A DNA stretch of 64,000 bases from positions 3,357-67,356 of the forward strand of contig JAZGCZ010000033.1 of assembly GCA_036477195.1 (NCBI GenBank), given 5' to 3'. Shown piece by piece: positions 26,833 through 35,386 of this stretch. The translations under genes and the position numbers were made by a program. Source of the DNA: Anaerolineales bacterium (GTDB lineage Bacteria; Chloroflexota; Anaerolineae; Anaerolineales; E44-bin32). Every line of letters starts with the position of its first letter. Within the stretch, counting starts at the first letter, position 1. Below the pieces are notes generated by a model, which searched no databases, was not told the origin of the DNA, and worked only from the letters and a program-made list of their open reading frames with translations.

Positions 26833-26927
26833 CTCGCTCGTCGTGCAAGATACTCTACATTCTCACGAAACAATTCAAGCTCTGGAGGCCGCCGCCTAGG
26901 CCTGCACCCTTTTGCGTTTGTAATCGA

Positions 26928-26957
26928 CGGCGCGGGCGGTGCCCCCGCCGTTTTTTT
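26928..26957 (+). terminator. Intrinsic terminator-like hairpin plus U-tract immediately upstream of the hisS RBS (possible attenuator)
   Basis: CGGCG-C-GGGC-GGT-GCCC-C-CGCCG (26928-26950) is followed by TTTTTTT (26951-26957). GGAGAG (26965-26970) and the ATG at 26981 come next. Confidence 0.6.
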
Positions 26958-26980
26958 GTTTTCTGGAGAGGACTAATATC

Positions 26981-28255
26981 ATGGAACCCATTCGCCCGGT
27001 CAAAGGAACTCGGGATTTCTTTCCGGAGGACATGAGCTTTCGGCAATGGCTATACGCAAGAATTCGGGGGGCCTCTGAGCGCTTCGGATATCAGGAATAC
27101 GATGGGCCATTCCTGGAGCGTATGGATCTTTACGCTGCCAAATCTGGTGAGGAGTTGGTCCAGGAGCAGTCGTTTGTCTTCGAGGATCGCGGAGGCGAGA
27201 TGGTAGCTCTGCGGCCGGAGCTTACGCCATCATTGGCACGGATGGTGGCCGCAAAGAGCAAGGCTTTGCCTAGGCCAATCCGGTGGTGGTCATTTGGTCC
27301 GTTCTGGCGCTACGAACGGCCTCAGCGGGGACGATCGCGGGAATTCTTCCAGTGGAATATCGATCTATTAGGGATTGAATCCCCTGAGGCCGACGCAGAA
27401 ATTGTGGCCGCTGGTGCAGAATTTCTACGCGGGGTAGGGCTCTCCTCTGATGCCGTGAGGATCCTCGTGAACGATCGAAGGCTGGCCGAGTCGCAGCTAG
27501 ACGAGATTGGTGTTGGGGCCGATCGAAGAATGCTCGTCTTCAAGCTCATCGATCGGCGCGATCGAATGTCCCCGGACAAATGGGCAGAGTGGTCGCTTGA
27601 GGAGGGGCTAAACCGCGAAGAATTTGACGGCCTGCAAGATGTGCTTGACGATCGAGAGGCCTGGCGAAGTTCTGCTCCGTTGCTGCGCCTATTTGAGGCC
27701 ATTGAATCCCTGGGGGTCGGAGATTACGTCGCATATGATCCTACTGTGATCCGAGGGTTGGATTACTACACAGGAACGGTGTTCGAAGCCAGAGATTCGG
27801 CAAGGAATTATCGAGCCATTTTCGGAGGTGGCCGATATGATGACCTGGTCTCCGCAGTAGGCGGGGATCCAATTCCCGGGACGGGTTTTGCCATGGGCGA
27901 CGTAGTCATACGTCTGGTGCTGGAGGAGTACGGAGCCACTCCCGTACTGGATTCGAGACCGTCGGAGATCCTGATTACAACTTTCGACGAGAGCTTATTG
28001 ATGCCTGCATTGGAGCTGGCGACCGAATTCCGTAACTCAGGGTTAGCCGCGGAATGGTATCCAGCGCCGGACAAACTGGCCAAGCAACTGAAGTATGCCG
28101 ACCGTGTGGGTGCTCGGGTTGCGGTCATCCTGGGGCCGGATGAAATTGCTGCAGGGACGGTTACAGTTCGCAATCTGACGTCCGGAGATCAGCAGTCGGT
28201 TTCCCGCGAAAAGGCTGCGGCCCTTGCGAAGGAAATAATCGAAGCGAAAGGTTGA
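26981..28255 (+). CDS. hisS: Histidyl-tRNA synthetase
   Basis: MEPIRPVKGTRDFFPEDM...YDGPFLER...ALRPELTPSLARM...RWWSFGPFWRYERPQRGRSREFFQWNIDLLG shows class II HisRS motifs. I chose the ATG at 26981, which has a GGAGAG SD, over the track start at 26939. Confidence 0.92.
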   Translation: MEPIRPVKGTRDFFPEDMSFRQWLYARIRGASERFGYQEYDGPFLERMDLYAAKSGEELVQEQSFVFEDRGGEMVALRPELTPSLARMVAAKSKALPRPIRWWSFGPFWRYERPQRGRSREFFQWNIDLLGIESPEADAEIVAAGAEFLRGVGLSSDAVRILVNDRRLAESQLDEIGVGADRRMLVFKLIDRRDRMSPDKWAEWSLEEGLNREEFDGLQDVLDDREAWRSSAPLLRLFEAIESLGVGDYVAYDPTVIRGLDYYTGTVFEARDSARNYRAIFGGGRYDDLVSAVGGDPIPGTGFAMGDVVIRLVLEEYGATPVLDSRPSEILITTFDESLLMPALELATEFRNSGLAAEWYPAPDKLAKQLKYADRVGARVAVILGPDEIAAGTVTVRNLTSGDQQSVSREKAAALAKEIIEAKG

Positions 28256-28303
28256 GCCGGCTTGACGCTGGATGGATAATCGGGATCGTCGAGCTGAGCT
28301 GTC

Positions 28304-28332
28304 TTGACGGTGTTCTAAGCGCTCTGTAGAAT
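28304..28332 (+). promoter_or_regulatory. Candidate sigma70-type promoter for tRNA-His
   Basis: TTGACG (28304-28309), a 17-nt spacer, then TAGAAT (28327-28332). The tRNA starts at 28347. Confidence 0.5.
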
Positions 28333-28346
28333 ACGTGTGTAAGCGT

Positions 28347-28422
28347 GGCGAGCGTAGCTTAGTGGTAAAGCACCGCACTGTGGCTGCGGGGACCGCGGGT
28401 TCGAATCCCGTCGCTCGCCCCA
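28347..28422 (+). tRNA. tRNA-His (anticodon GTG) with genomically encoded G-1 and CCA
   Basis: I folded a manual cloverleaf. The acceptor GCGAGCG pairs with CGCTCGC, and G-1 (28347) lies opposite the discriminator C. The D-stem is GCTT/AAGC. The anticodon stem CCGCA/TGCGG closes the loop CTGTGGC, giving GTG at 28380-28382. The T-arm is GCGGG-TTCGAAT-CCCGT. Confidence 0.93.
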
Positions 28423-28431
28423 AAAAAGGAT

Positions 28432-28460
28432 CGGCGTTGATAAAGATCAACGCCGTTTTT
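28432..28460 (+). terminator. Rho-independent terminator after tRNA-His
   Basis: A 10-bp stem, CGGCGTTGAT (28432-28441) with ATCAACGCCG (28446-28455), has the loop AAAG and is followed by TTTTT (28456-28460). Confidence 0.8.
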
Positions 28461-28600
28461 GCTTTCAGGGTGCAATGAGGTGTTGCTTAATCGATTAGCC
28501 CATTAATAATCAGTCGCAGGGTCGTCGCTTGCAATTCGCAAGGTGGCTGGATATTGTCTATTTCAAACATCAACTATTCAACATTCAATTCTGAACCGAA

Positions 28601-29503
28601 GTGATGGCAACCCCCAAGGGTATACTTCCCCGGATTCCCATGTTGTCTAATCTTGCACGCAGAGAACGCGGCCTACTTCTGGGGCTGGTGGTTGTTACCC
28701 TGCTTTCAATTACGGTCCTGGCAAGCGGGCTTTCCTCTGTCGAGGTACAAAGTAGTCGGCAGTTTACATTGGATTCCGATCAGCGGGTGGCCGATATTGC
28801 GAACCTGTCCATGCCGAGCGCTGCCCTTTCAGCCCTATCTTTTCTCGCTGGATTTCTTCGCCTGTTGCTTCTGGTACTTCTCCCATTTTCTATTTACTAC
28901 TTTATCAAGTCTTCGGAGGCGCGAAAGCGGATCCTTATTCAGGTACTGTACCTGACTGGGTTTACGTACCTGATACTGGCACTGTCGCAATCCATGGGCC
29001 AGTCCCCCTTGGAGCTGATACCGGAACCGCTTCCCATCGACGCGGCCACAATCGCATCTCCGGATGTTGTTTCGGGAGCAAACGAAGTTCCGGGCTGGGT
29101 GTTTGTCATCGCAAGTATTGCCATCGCCATACCATTGGCCGCCATCGCAGTTCTTGTCTACCGTTCGTATCAGGTGCGGAGAAAATCCGATCGCGATATG
29201 GCGACCGAAGCCCGCTGGGCGCTAGATGCCCTGCATCGTGGAGTCGAACTTGAAAGTGTAATTTTCCGAGCGTACTACCAACTCTGCGCTTCTTCGTCTG
29301 ATCGACTTGGATTGAGTCGACATCAGGATATGACCCCGACCGAGTATGAAAAGGTGCTCGCTAAATCCGGCGTTCCCACGTCCCCGCTCGCGCGCCTTAC
29401 CCGTCTTTTTGAGAAGGCACGATATGGTTCCGCAATATTGGGCGACGATGACGAGCAGGAAGCGGTTGCCGCCCTGCGCTTAATCCTTGGCGGGGGTGGC
29501 TGA
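28601..29503 (+). CDS. DUF4129-like membrane protein (MoxR-cluster accessory)
   Basis: 300 aa with several TM helices. The C-terminal segment MTPTEYEKVLAKSG...LARLTRLFEKARYG is typical of DUF4129. Confidence 0.65.
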   Translation: MMATPKGILPRIPMLSNLARRERGLLLGLVVVTLLSITVLASGLSSVEVQSSRQFTLDSDQRVADIANLSMPSAALSALSFLAGFLRLLLLVLLPFSIYYFIKSSEARKRILIQVLYLTGFTYLILALSQSMGQSPLELIPEPLPIDAATIASPDVVSGANEVPGWVFVIASIAIAIPLAAIAVLVYRSYQVRRKSDRDMATEARWALDALHRGVELESVIFRAYYQLCASSSDRLGLSRHQDMTPTEYEKVLAKSGVPTSPLARLTRLFEKARYGSAILGDDDEQEAVAALRLILGGGG

Positions 29504-29505
29504 CG

Positions 29506-30033
29506 TTGCACAAAGCTGCTCTGGTCGGTGGAGGACTTGTCGCCTTTCTCGTATCGGCCGGGCTAATTTATTTCGTTGTAGTTCGGTACCTCGGCGAACC
29601 TCTTGGTCAGCTCTATCGCACTCTTTCACAACTTGTGGGACTTGCGCCACAGGACTGGGTCTGGGCCAGCATCATTGCGCTCACAGTCCTCATCGGGCTT
29701 CGAAATTTCTCATCGCAGCGCAAATCAACCGAATCCGTCGATTCAAATGCAGAGGGTCAAGCAGAGAGTCTGGAATCCTGGCTGCGTCTACTGCAGGAGC
29801 GGGTGCGAGGCACCTATTTCGGATGGAGACTTGCTAACCGACTGGCCGAGCTTGAATCTCAAATCGATGATCACCCGGACCATCAACCAGCGCACCAGAT
29901 CCAGGAGTATCTGAAAATGGGCCGCGATCGACGAACGATTGGCGATCCTGAAACAAGATTATCTAGCTACCCGGACGTTAAGACCGTTATTACATACTTA
30001 GAACGACGGATTGAGGCCGACGATGGGAGCTGA
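29506..30033 (+). CDS. Hypothetical membrane protein (2 TM) in the MoxR cluster
   Basis: 175 aa. It starts 3 nt after the preceding stop and overlaps the MoxR start. I recognised no family. Confidence 0.5.
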   Translation: MHKAALVGGGLVAFLVSAGLIYFVVVRYLGEPLGQLYRTLSQLVGLAPQDWVWASIIALTVLIGLRNFSSQRKSTESVDSNAEGQAESLESWLRLLQERVRGTYFGWRLANRLAELESQIDDHPDHQPAHQIQEYLKMGRDRRTIGDPETRLSSYPDVKTVITYLERRIEADDGS

Positions 30034-30985
30034 CGTCGGCTTACTCGGTCGATTGGCGGGCTCGGTCGTCGAGGAAGTTGAGCGCGCGATCATCGGCAAG
30101 GGTGACATTCTGAAGCAGGTCATGGCCGCCTTCCTGGCCGGAGGGCATATACTTATCGAGGATTTTCCTGGCCTTGGAAAGACAGTGATGGCTAAGAGCT
30201 TCTCCCAGGCCTTGGGATTGGAATTCAAGCGGATCCAATTTACTCCCGACCTGCTCCCCGCAGATATAACCGGATCCTACATCCTAAACAGAGAGAACAA
30301 TTCACTCGAGCTTCGACGGGGTCCTATCTTTGCCAGCATTCTCTTAGCAGATGAAATTAATCGGGCCTCGCCTAAGACCCAATCGGCATTGCTGGAAGCG
30401 ATGCAGGAACATCAGGTCACTCTTGAAGGGGAAACCCTGGCCCTGCCAGAGCCGTTTGTTGTGATAGCAACTCAAAACCCCATTGAATACGAAGGCACTT
30501 TCCCGCTCCCCGAGGCTCAATTGGATCGTTTTGCCATGAAAATCAACGTCGGCTATCCGACCCTCGAAGATGAGCACCTCATCCTATCTCGTAGGCGCGA
30601 GCGAAAGAAAGAGGCATTTGAGATTTCACAAGTGGCATCAGCCACAGATCTTGCCGAAGCACGCCAGGTAGTGGAAGCGATCCATGTTGATAGCGACATC
30701 GAGCGCTACATTGTTCAGATCGTAGCCGCCACGCGTTCCGACAAGCGAGTGGCAGTGGGCGCCAGCCCGAGAGGCTCCCTGGCGCTCATGAACCTTTCCA
30801 GAGCTTGGGCAGGCATGCAGGGCAGAGATTTTGTGCTCCCAGACGATGTCAAGCATCTAGCTGAACCGGCACTAGTTCATCGAATTCTGCTGCAGCCAGA
30901 ACACTGGATGGAGCGAGACGCAGCAGCTGATGTGCTTGCAATCGCAATTGCCTCCACTCCAGTTCCTGTCCTAGACGGCGCGTGA
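30023..30985 (+). CDS. MoxR-family AAA+ ATPase
   Basis: IIGKGDILKQVMAAFLAGGHILIEDFPGLGKT...RIQFTPDLLPADITG...ILLADEINRASPKTQSALLEAMQE matches the MoxR signature. I chose the ATG at 30023; the track TTG at 30011 is also possible. Confidence 0.9.
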   Translation: MGADVGLLGRLAGSVVEEVERAIIGKGDILKQVMAAFLAGGHILIEDFPGLGKTVMAKSFSQALGLEFKRIQFTPDLLPADITGSYILNRENNSLELRRGPIFASILLADEINRASPKTQSALLEAMQEHQVTLEGETLALPEPFVVIATQNPIEYEGTFPLPEAQLDRFAMKINVGYPTLEDEHLILSRRRERKKEAFEISQVASATDLAEARQVVEAIHVDSDIERYIVQIVAATRSDKRVAVGASPRGSLALMNLSRAWAGMQGRDFVLPDDVKHLAEPALVHRILLQPEHWMERDAAADVLAIAIASTPVPVLDGA

Positions 30986-32271
30986 AACGCGCCGCGTTTC
31001 TGAGTTTTCTGGCATTCGCACTGCTGGCAGCCGGACTGGCGCTCCGAGATGGCAAAATCGCGGCCCTCTCACTTCCTCTCATTTCTTACCTAGCGCTTGG
31101 GCTGCTCCAGTTCCCTGATTTGCCTCAATTAGAGGTTGACACGCACTTGACCCAATCCAGCGCTACCGAAGGATCTGTCATTGGAGTCAGTGTTCAGGTT
31201 CGAAACAATGGACCATCGCTGACCCACCTCCGAATCCAAGATCGCCTACCCACTGGCCTTACCGTGCGAGATGGAACGCCGAGCACGCTCGGCTCGCTAG
31301 CCCAAGGAGCGAGCCATCAACTCTCCTACTCCGTCCGCTCAACTCGAGGACTTCACAGCTTTGATCGCGTAGCCTTCACCGCCTCCGATCCGCTGGGACT
31401 GTTCCAGCGAGAATTCCATAAGCCGACCACCCGATCATTGCTGGCTCGACCCAGTCTCCATCGGCTGCGTCATGTGGAGCTTCGGCCCTTGCGCACCGGC
31501 GTCCATGCGGGTTTGTATCGGGCGCGTCGCGGCGGGCCGGGTGTCGAATTTCATGGCTTGCGTCCATACGTGCCGGGAGATGCGCGACGGTGGATCAACT
31601 GGAAGGCCAGTGCCCGCCATGTCGACTCGCTCTTCATCAACGAATTTGAGCAGGAGCGCGCGGTCGAAATTGGGATCATCCTTGATGCAAGGTCGAGAAG
31701 CAACGCCGTGGCAGGCGGTCGATCCTCGTTTTCTTCCTCTGTTCAAGCGGCAGCCTCATTGAGCGATCTATTCCTGGCTCAGGCGAATCGCGTGGGGCTC
31801 ATGATCTACGGCAGCCATCTAGATTGGACAGTCCCTGGCTATGGCCGAATTCATCGCGAGCGCATCATGCTCGCGCTTGCTGGAGCGCGCGCGGGTCGCA
31901 GTCGGGTCTTTGATCGGATGAAGTATTTGCCAACCCGTCTGTTCCCTCCCCAATCACAGCTCATCTTCATTAGCCCCGTACTCCGTGAGGATGTTGCGTT
32001 TCTACGCATTCTGCGCGCACGCCGCTATCCCATTCTGGTATTGAGTCCCGATCTGATTTCCGCGGAGGCCGAGCTCTTAGAAGGTGAGACCGATCTAGAA
32101 TTGGCAATTAAGCTCGCGCGCATCGAGCAGACCCTGATCACCCGCAGGCTGGCGCATATCGGAATTCACCGCGTGGTATGGGATATTTCCAAGCCATTGG
32201 AGCAGGTGATCGAGATTCAAGTTGGCCGACCACGCCGATGGCTGCGTGCCGTTGGAGCACCAGCTCGATGA
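30982..32271 (+). CDS. DUF58 domain protein (vWA-like MoxR partner)
   Basis: 429 aa. It has N-terminal TM helices and the DUF58 core GVEFHGLRPYVPGDARRWINWKASAR...FINEFEQER. A GTGA overlap links it to moxR. Confidence 0.85.
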   Translation: MKRAAFLSFLAFALLAAGLALRDGKIAALSLPLISYLALGLLQFPDLPQLEVDTHLTQSSATEGSVIGVSVQVRNNGPSLTHLRIQDRLPTGLTVRDGTPSTLGSLAQGASHQLSYSVRSTRGLHSFDRVAFTASDPLGLFQREFHKPTTRSLLARPSLHRLRHVELRPLRTGVHAGLYRARRGGPGVEFHGLRPYVPGDARRWINWKASARHVDSLFINEFEQERAVEIGIILDARSRSNAVAGGRSSFSSSVQAAASLSDLFLAQANRVGLMIYGSHLDWTVPGYGRIHRERIMLALAGARAGRSRVFDRMKYLPTRLFPPQSQLIFISPVLREDVAFLRILRARRYPILVLSPDLISAEAELLEGETDLELAIKLARIEQTLITRRLAHIGIHRVVWDISKPLEQVIEIQVGRPRRWLRAVGAPAR

Positions 32272-32744
32272 GGCAACCCACGCTTATTGCGTTTCTGCTT
32301 TCGACCGCGGTGCTGGCGGCCGCACTGATAGTTCAAGGGTTGTGGCTTCTGCTAATCATTCTGGCAGCAAATGCCAGCTTCGGATGGCTTACCGCTCGAC
32401 GTGGATGGGTATCTGTTTGGCTATTTGGGCAGCTAGCAATTTCAGCCCTGGGAGGCATCCCATTTCTCCCCGCGCTTGGAGCGTCTGTATTGGGCCTCGC
32501 CTATTGGGACCTATCGGCGCATGATCGACTGCTGCGGTCCGTAGATCAAGTCTTTGGGCTTGAGGCACTCAAGGGCAGCCATTACCGCAGCCTAGCGCTT
32601 GCACTAGCCGGTGGGAGCCTGCTGGCAGTGATTGCGATTGGGATTCCTTTGCGGCTCAGCTTCATTGCGGCCATACTGCTCGCGTTGCTGGCGATAGCTG
32701 GAATTGCAGGATTGGCAGGGAGGGCGCGTTCCGCCTCTAATTAG
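32268..32744 (+). CDS. Hypothetical polytopic membrane protein, last gene of the MoxR cluster
   Basis: An ATGA overlap links it to the DUF58 stop (32268-32271). It is about 158 aa with 4 hydrophobic segments. The track ORF start at 32178 lies inside DUF58. Confidence 0.55.
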   Translation: MRQPTLIAFLLSTAVLAAALIVQGLWLLLIILAANASFGWLTARRGWVSVWLFGQLAISALGGIPFLPALGASVLGLAYWDLSAHDRLLRSVDQVFGLEALKGSHYRSLALALAGGSLLAVIAIGIPLRLSFIAAILLALLAIAGIAGLAGRARSASN

Positions 32745-33300
32745 CGGGGAATTGGTACAGCCAGAGTCGGTTCGAATTTAGCGGCCGGTTGGCCACCATT
32801 CGCCAAACTTGATCCGCTTCAAGATCAAAGAATATCCCCGCAGTGAGTGCGGAGAGTTCGTAGGACTCCATTTTCGTCCGGCCGCGGGTCGCCATCCGGA
32901 ATTCGGATGGGAGTGGCCCAGTCTTGGTTCTCCGCGGTGGCGACTTTAGAAGCTTCTTCACCTGGGCTGGCTGTACCGGCGAAAACATCAAGTAACCGCC
33001 ATCAGAGGCAGTGACCACAATGGCTTCGGGGTTGTCCAGCACCTTGGCGATCGCACGAAGCTCCCAGGCGCCTCCGGTCGCTTTGCGGGCGGTGTCATTG
33101 AGCCAAGCCAAGGGATCAATAATCTGAATCTCGCGTGATGCAGTTTCTCGCTTGATTTCCAAATCCCCTAACGCCCAATTGCGAACATCTTCTCTCAGTT
33201 GTTCAATCGCCTTCCGCTGGCGCTCATTCCCAATAGAGATCAGTACCCCCACGACAACTACTGCCGCCAATACGCTTACAGCCAGAACGACTTCAAGCAT
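32737..33300 (-). CDS. Hypothetical protein with an N-terminal TM anchor
   Basis: 187 aa starting MLEVVLAVSVLAAVVVVGVLISIG. I recognised no family. It lies 8 nt downstream of the Ig-like surface protein gene. Confidence 0.5.
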   Translation of the reverse strand: MLEVVLAVSVLAAVVVVGVLISIGNERQRKAIEQLREDVRNWALGDLEIKRETASREIQIIDPLAWLNDTARKATGGAWELRAIAKVLDNPEAIVVTASDGGYLMFSPVQPAQVKKLLKSPPRRTKTGPLPSEFRMATRGRTKMESYELSALTAGIFFDLEADQVWRMVANRPLNSNRLWLYQFPAN

Positions 33301-33308
33301 CCGCGCTC

Positions 33309-35273
33309 CTATCCATTGAGAGATTTTCGAATTAACAAGAGGTCATCGTGAAGCGACCGGAGAGCTTTTGTTCGCGGATCCGCTACTTTCGCGAAACCTA
33401 CCGCAGCCAGCAATCCAATCCAAGCAATTGCGGGCCAGATCCAAGGTGGACCTTCGATTGCGGCCGCTTCCATCTCCGCCTCCGTTTCCAATTCAACGAC
33501 CGCCGGAGTCAACGGGTCGGCAGGATCAATCTGGGCTGGAAGCGCCGGCGCGGGGGCCTGCTCCGCCTCGGGCACGACAATTCGTCCTGTATCACTACCC
33601 CGATTTCCGATCAAATCCCACGCGAAAACCATAACGGCATATTCACCAGGCGCAGCCGGCTTGCCGTTGGGCATGCGACCATCCCAGATGACAGCTTGCG
33701 GCACTTCCAGCGCGGGATACTCGCGGCTCTCTAGGATAGTTTCGCCGTCGCTTATGACAACTTTAACGCCGTCCAACCCGATCCCGCCCTCCTCTACAGT
33801 CAGGGTCCCGGGCTCGCCTACGGGCCACTTCTCCGGGATGTCAACCAAGGGTGGAAGGTTGTCCACCCTGAGCGTCACCCGAGCGGTCGATTCCAGATTC
33901 CCTGCGGCATCGCTGGCTCGGGCCAGGACGACGTAGGTTCCATTCGGTAGATTTGATGAATCCCAGGAGCTTCGCCAGTCCCCTCCGGTGCGCTCCAGAG
34001 AGTTCCAGCTCCGGCCACCGTCGTATGAAATTTCGACCGATTGCAATCCAGAGGTTAGGTCAGTGCTCTGCCCAATTAATGGAATGACCCCGGAGACCCA
34101 GGTCTCAGAGCCTTCGGGAGGATTGATAAATGCTGATTCTGGGGGGTGCGAATCGATCTTGATCGTCGGCCCGTCCTCCGTGGTTACGTTCCCCGCGACA
34201 TCCTCCGCACGGTATCTGGGCGTATGGGTCCCGTCAGTCGAAATAGCTAGCGGGCCAGTATGCCACCCAGTGGATCCATCACTCACTTCGACCTTCGCCA
34301 CCCCAGACAGGTTATCTGAGGCGGAAGCGAACACACTGACCGGTGATACGTACCAGCCCTCCAGACCTTTGGTGCCGCTGAGCTCAGGGCTCAGACTTGG
34401 TGGCGTCCCGTCGATACGAATCTCAAGCGAATCGGTCGCTTGGTTGCCTGCTCCATCGATGACCCGTCCACTGACGCTGTGAACACCATCGCCTCCCACC
34501 TGTGCGCTGTTGGCCCAACCCCCACCATCTGTTGAAACTTCTGATACTGAGACGCCTGAGATCGCATCGGATCCTATGATTGAGACATCGACCGTACCGC
34601 CCCGATACCACCCGCCGCCTCCCGGCGTGCCCCCGCTCATCGTGAGATTGATGCTCGGGGGGCTTCTATCAACTTTTATTCCAGCTGAGGCCTTTTCACT
34701 CGTGTCGCCGTAGGAAGAGAGCGCCCAAAATTCGATGGTAAAGTTACCCTCCCCTCCGACGCTGTACGAACATCCGACGGAGGAAGAGTCGGCCGGATCA
34801 CAGAGTACGCCGCCTGGGTTCCCTTCAATGCTCTCAATGACATATCCGGAAACCGGCTCGCTAGCGCTGAGCTCCAGAGAGGCTCCGCCTCGGCACCATC
34901 CATTGTTGCCTGGCGAGGCGCAGTTTTCGGACCCGCCCACAATTGCTGGGGGGAGGCTCACCGTCTGGGTGGTGTTAGCCTCTTTACAGCCGCAGGAGTC
35001 GGCTGGAGAGGGCCAGCCGCACACGCTCATCTGCGCTGCGGTGCTTGGATGGGATCCACCGGCGTCGGGACAGGGATTGCCGGTAGCAAACCAACACTGG
35101 GCGTAGCCGGACTTCTTGCAAAACCATTGATCTCCGTCCGGGTCACGCACGGTCTTAGTCGTGTTGCGGTTAGGCCCGGTGAATCCAGCCCAGGCGACCG
35201 CCACCGCGGTCACAGATAGCATGGTGCCCAGGAGGAAGCCGCGCCACAGGCTTCTACGAACGTAAATTTTCAC
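33309..35273 (-). CDS. Cell-surface protein with repeated Ig-like domains and a FlgD-Ig-like domain; C-terminal TM anchor
   Basis: 654 aa with a GTG start and a signal/TM at the N-terminus. It has a Cys-rich segment and then repeated ...DxxxPxxxxx...SGVxxVEVSxDGG.W...AxDxAGN... modules. IWDGRMPNGKPAAPGEYAVMVFAWDLIGN resembles FlgD-Ig. A hydrophobic C-terminal segment follows. Confidence 0.65.
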   Translation of the reverse strand: MKIYVRRSLWRGFLLGTMLSVTAVAVAWAGFTGPNRNTTKTVRDPDGDQWFCKKSGYAQCWFATGNPCPDAGGSHPSTAAQMSVCGWPSPADSCGCKEANTTQTVSLPPAIVGGSENCASPGNNGWCRGGASLELSASEPVSGYVIESIEGNPGGVLCDPADSSSVGCSYSVGGEGNFTIEFWALSSYGDTSEKASAGIKVDRSPPSINLTMSGGTPGGGGWYRGGTVDVSIIGSDAISGVSVSEVSTDGGGWANSAQVGGDGVHSVSGRVIDGAGNQATDSLEIRIDGTPPSLSPELSGTKGLEGWYVSPVSVFASASDNLSGVAKVEVSDGSTGWHTGPLAISTDGTHTPRYRAEDVAGNVTTEDGPTIKIDSHPPESAFINPPEGSETWVSGVIPLIGQSTDLTSGLQSVEISYDGGRSWNSLERTGGDWRSSWDSSNLPNGTYVVLARASDAAGNLESTARVTLRVDNLPPLVDIPEKWPVGEPGTLTVEEGGIGLDGVKVVISDGETILESREYPALEVPQAVIWDGRMPNGKPAAPGEYAVMVFAWDLIGNRGSDTGRIVVPEAEQAPAPALPAQIDPADPLTPAVVELETEAEMEAAAIEGPPWIWPAIAWIGLLAAVGFAKVADPRTKALRSLHDDLLLIRKSLNG

Positions 35274-35319
35274 AGTCTTTCGGGTAGTGCCGGAGTACTA
35301 TATGAAGCTACAGAACCCA

Positions 35320-35338
35320 GGGTCATGCAACATGACCC
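35320..35338. promoter_or_regulatory. Perfect palindrome GGGTCATG-caa-CATGACCC in a divergent promoter region (candidate operator)
   Basis: The arms are 8 bp. It is flanked by the direct repeats CCGGAGTACTA (35290-35300) and CCGGTACTA (35338-35346), and lies between genes starting at 35273 (minus) and 35387 (plus). Confidence 0.3.
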
Positions 35339-35386
35339 CGGTACTACTAACATAATCACAGCTCATTAGTTACGGGGGGCCAGAGA

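Noticed and set aside
26838-26957. A T-box riboswitch upstream of hisS.
   Set aside because: The leader is only about 120 nt. It has no recognisable Stem I/specifier architecture and no conserved T-box sequence (AGGGUGGNACCGCG-like). A UGGA is present, but it does not match the tRNA-His CCCA end.
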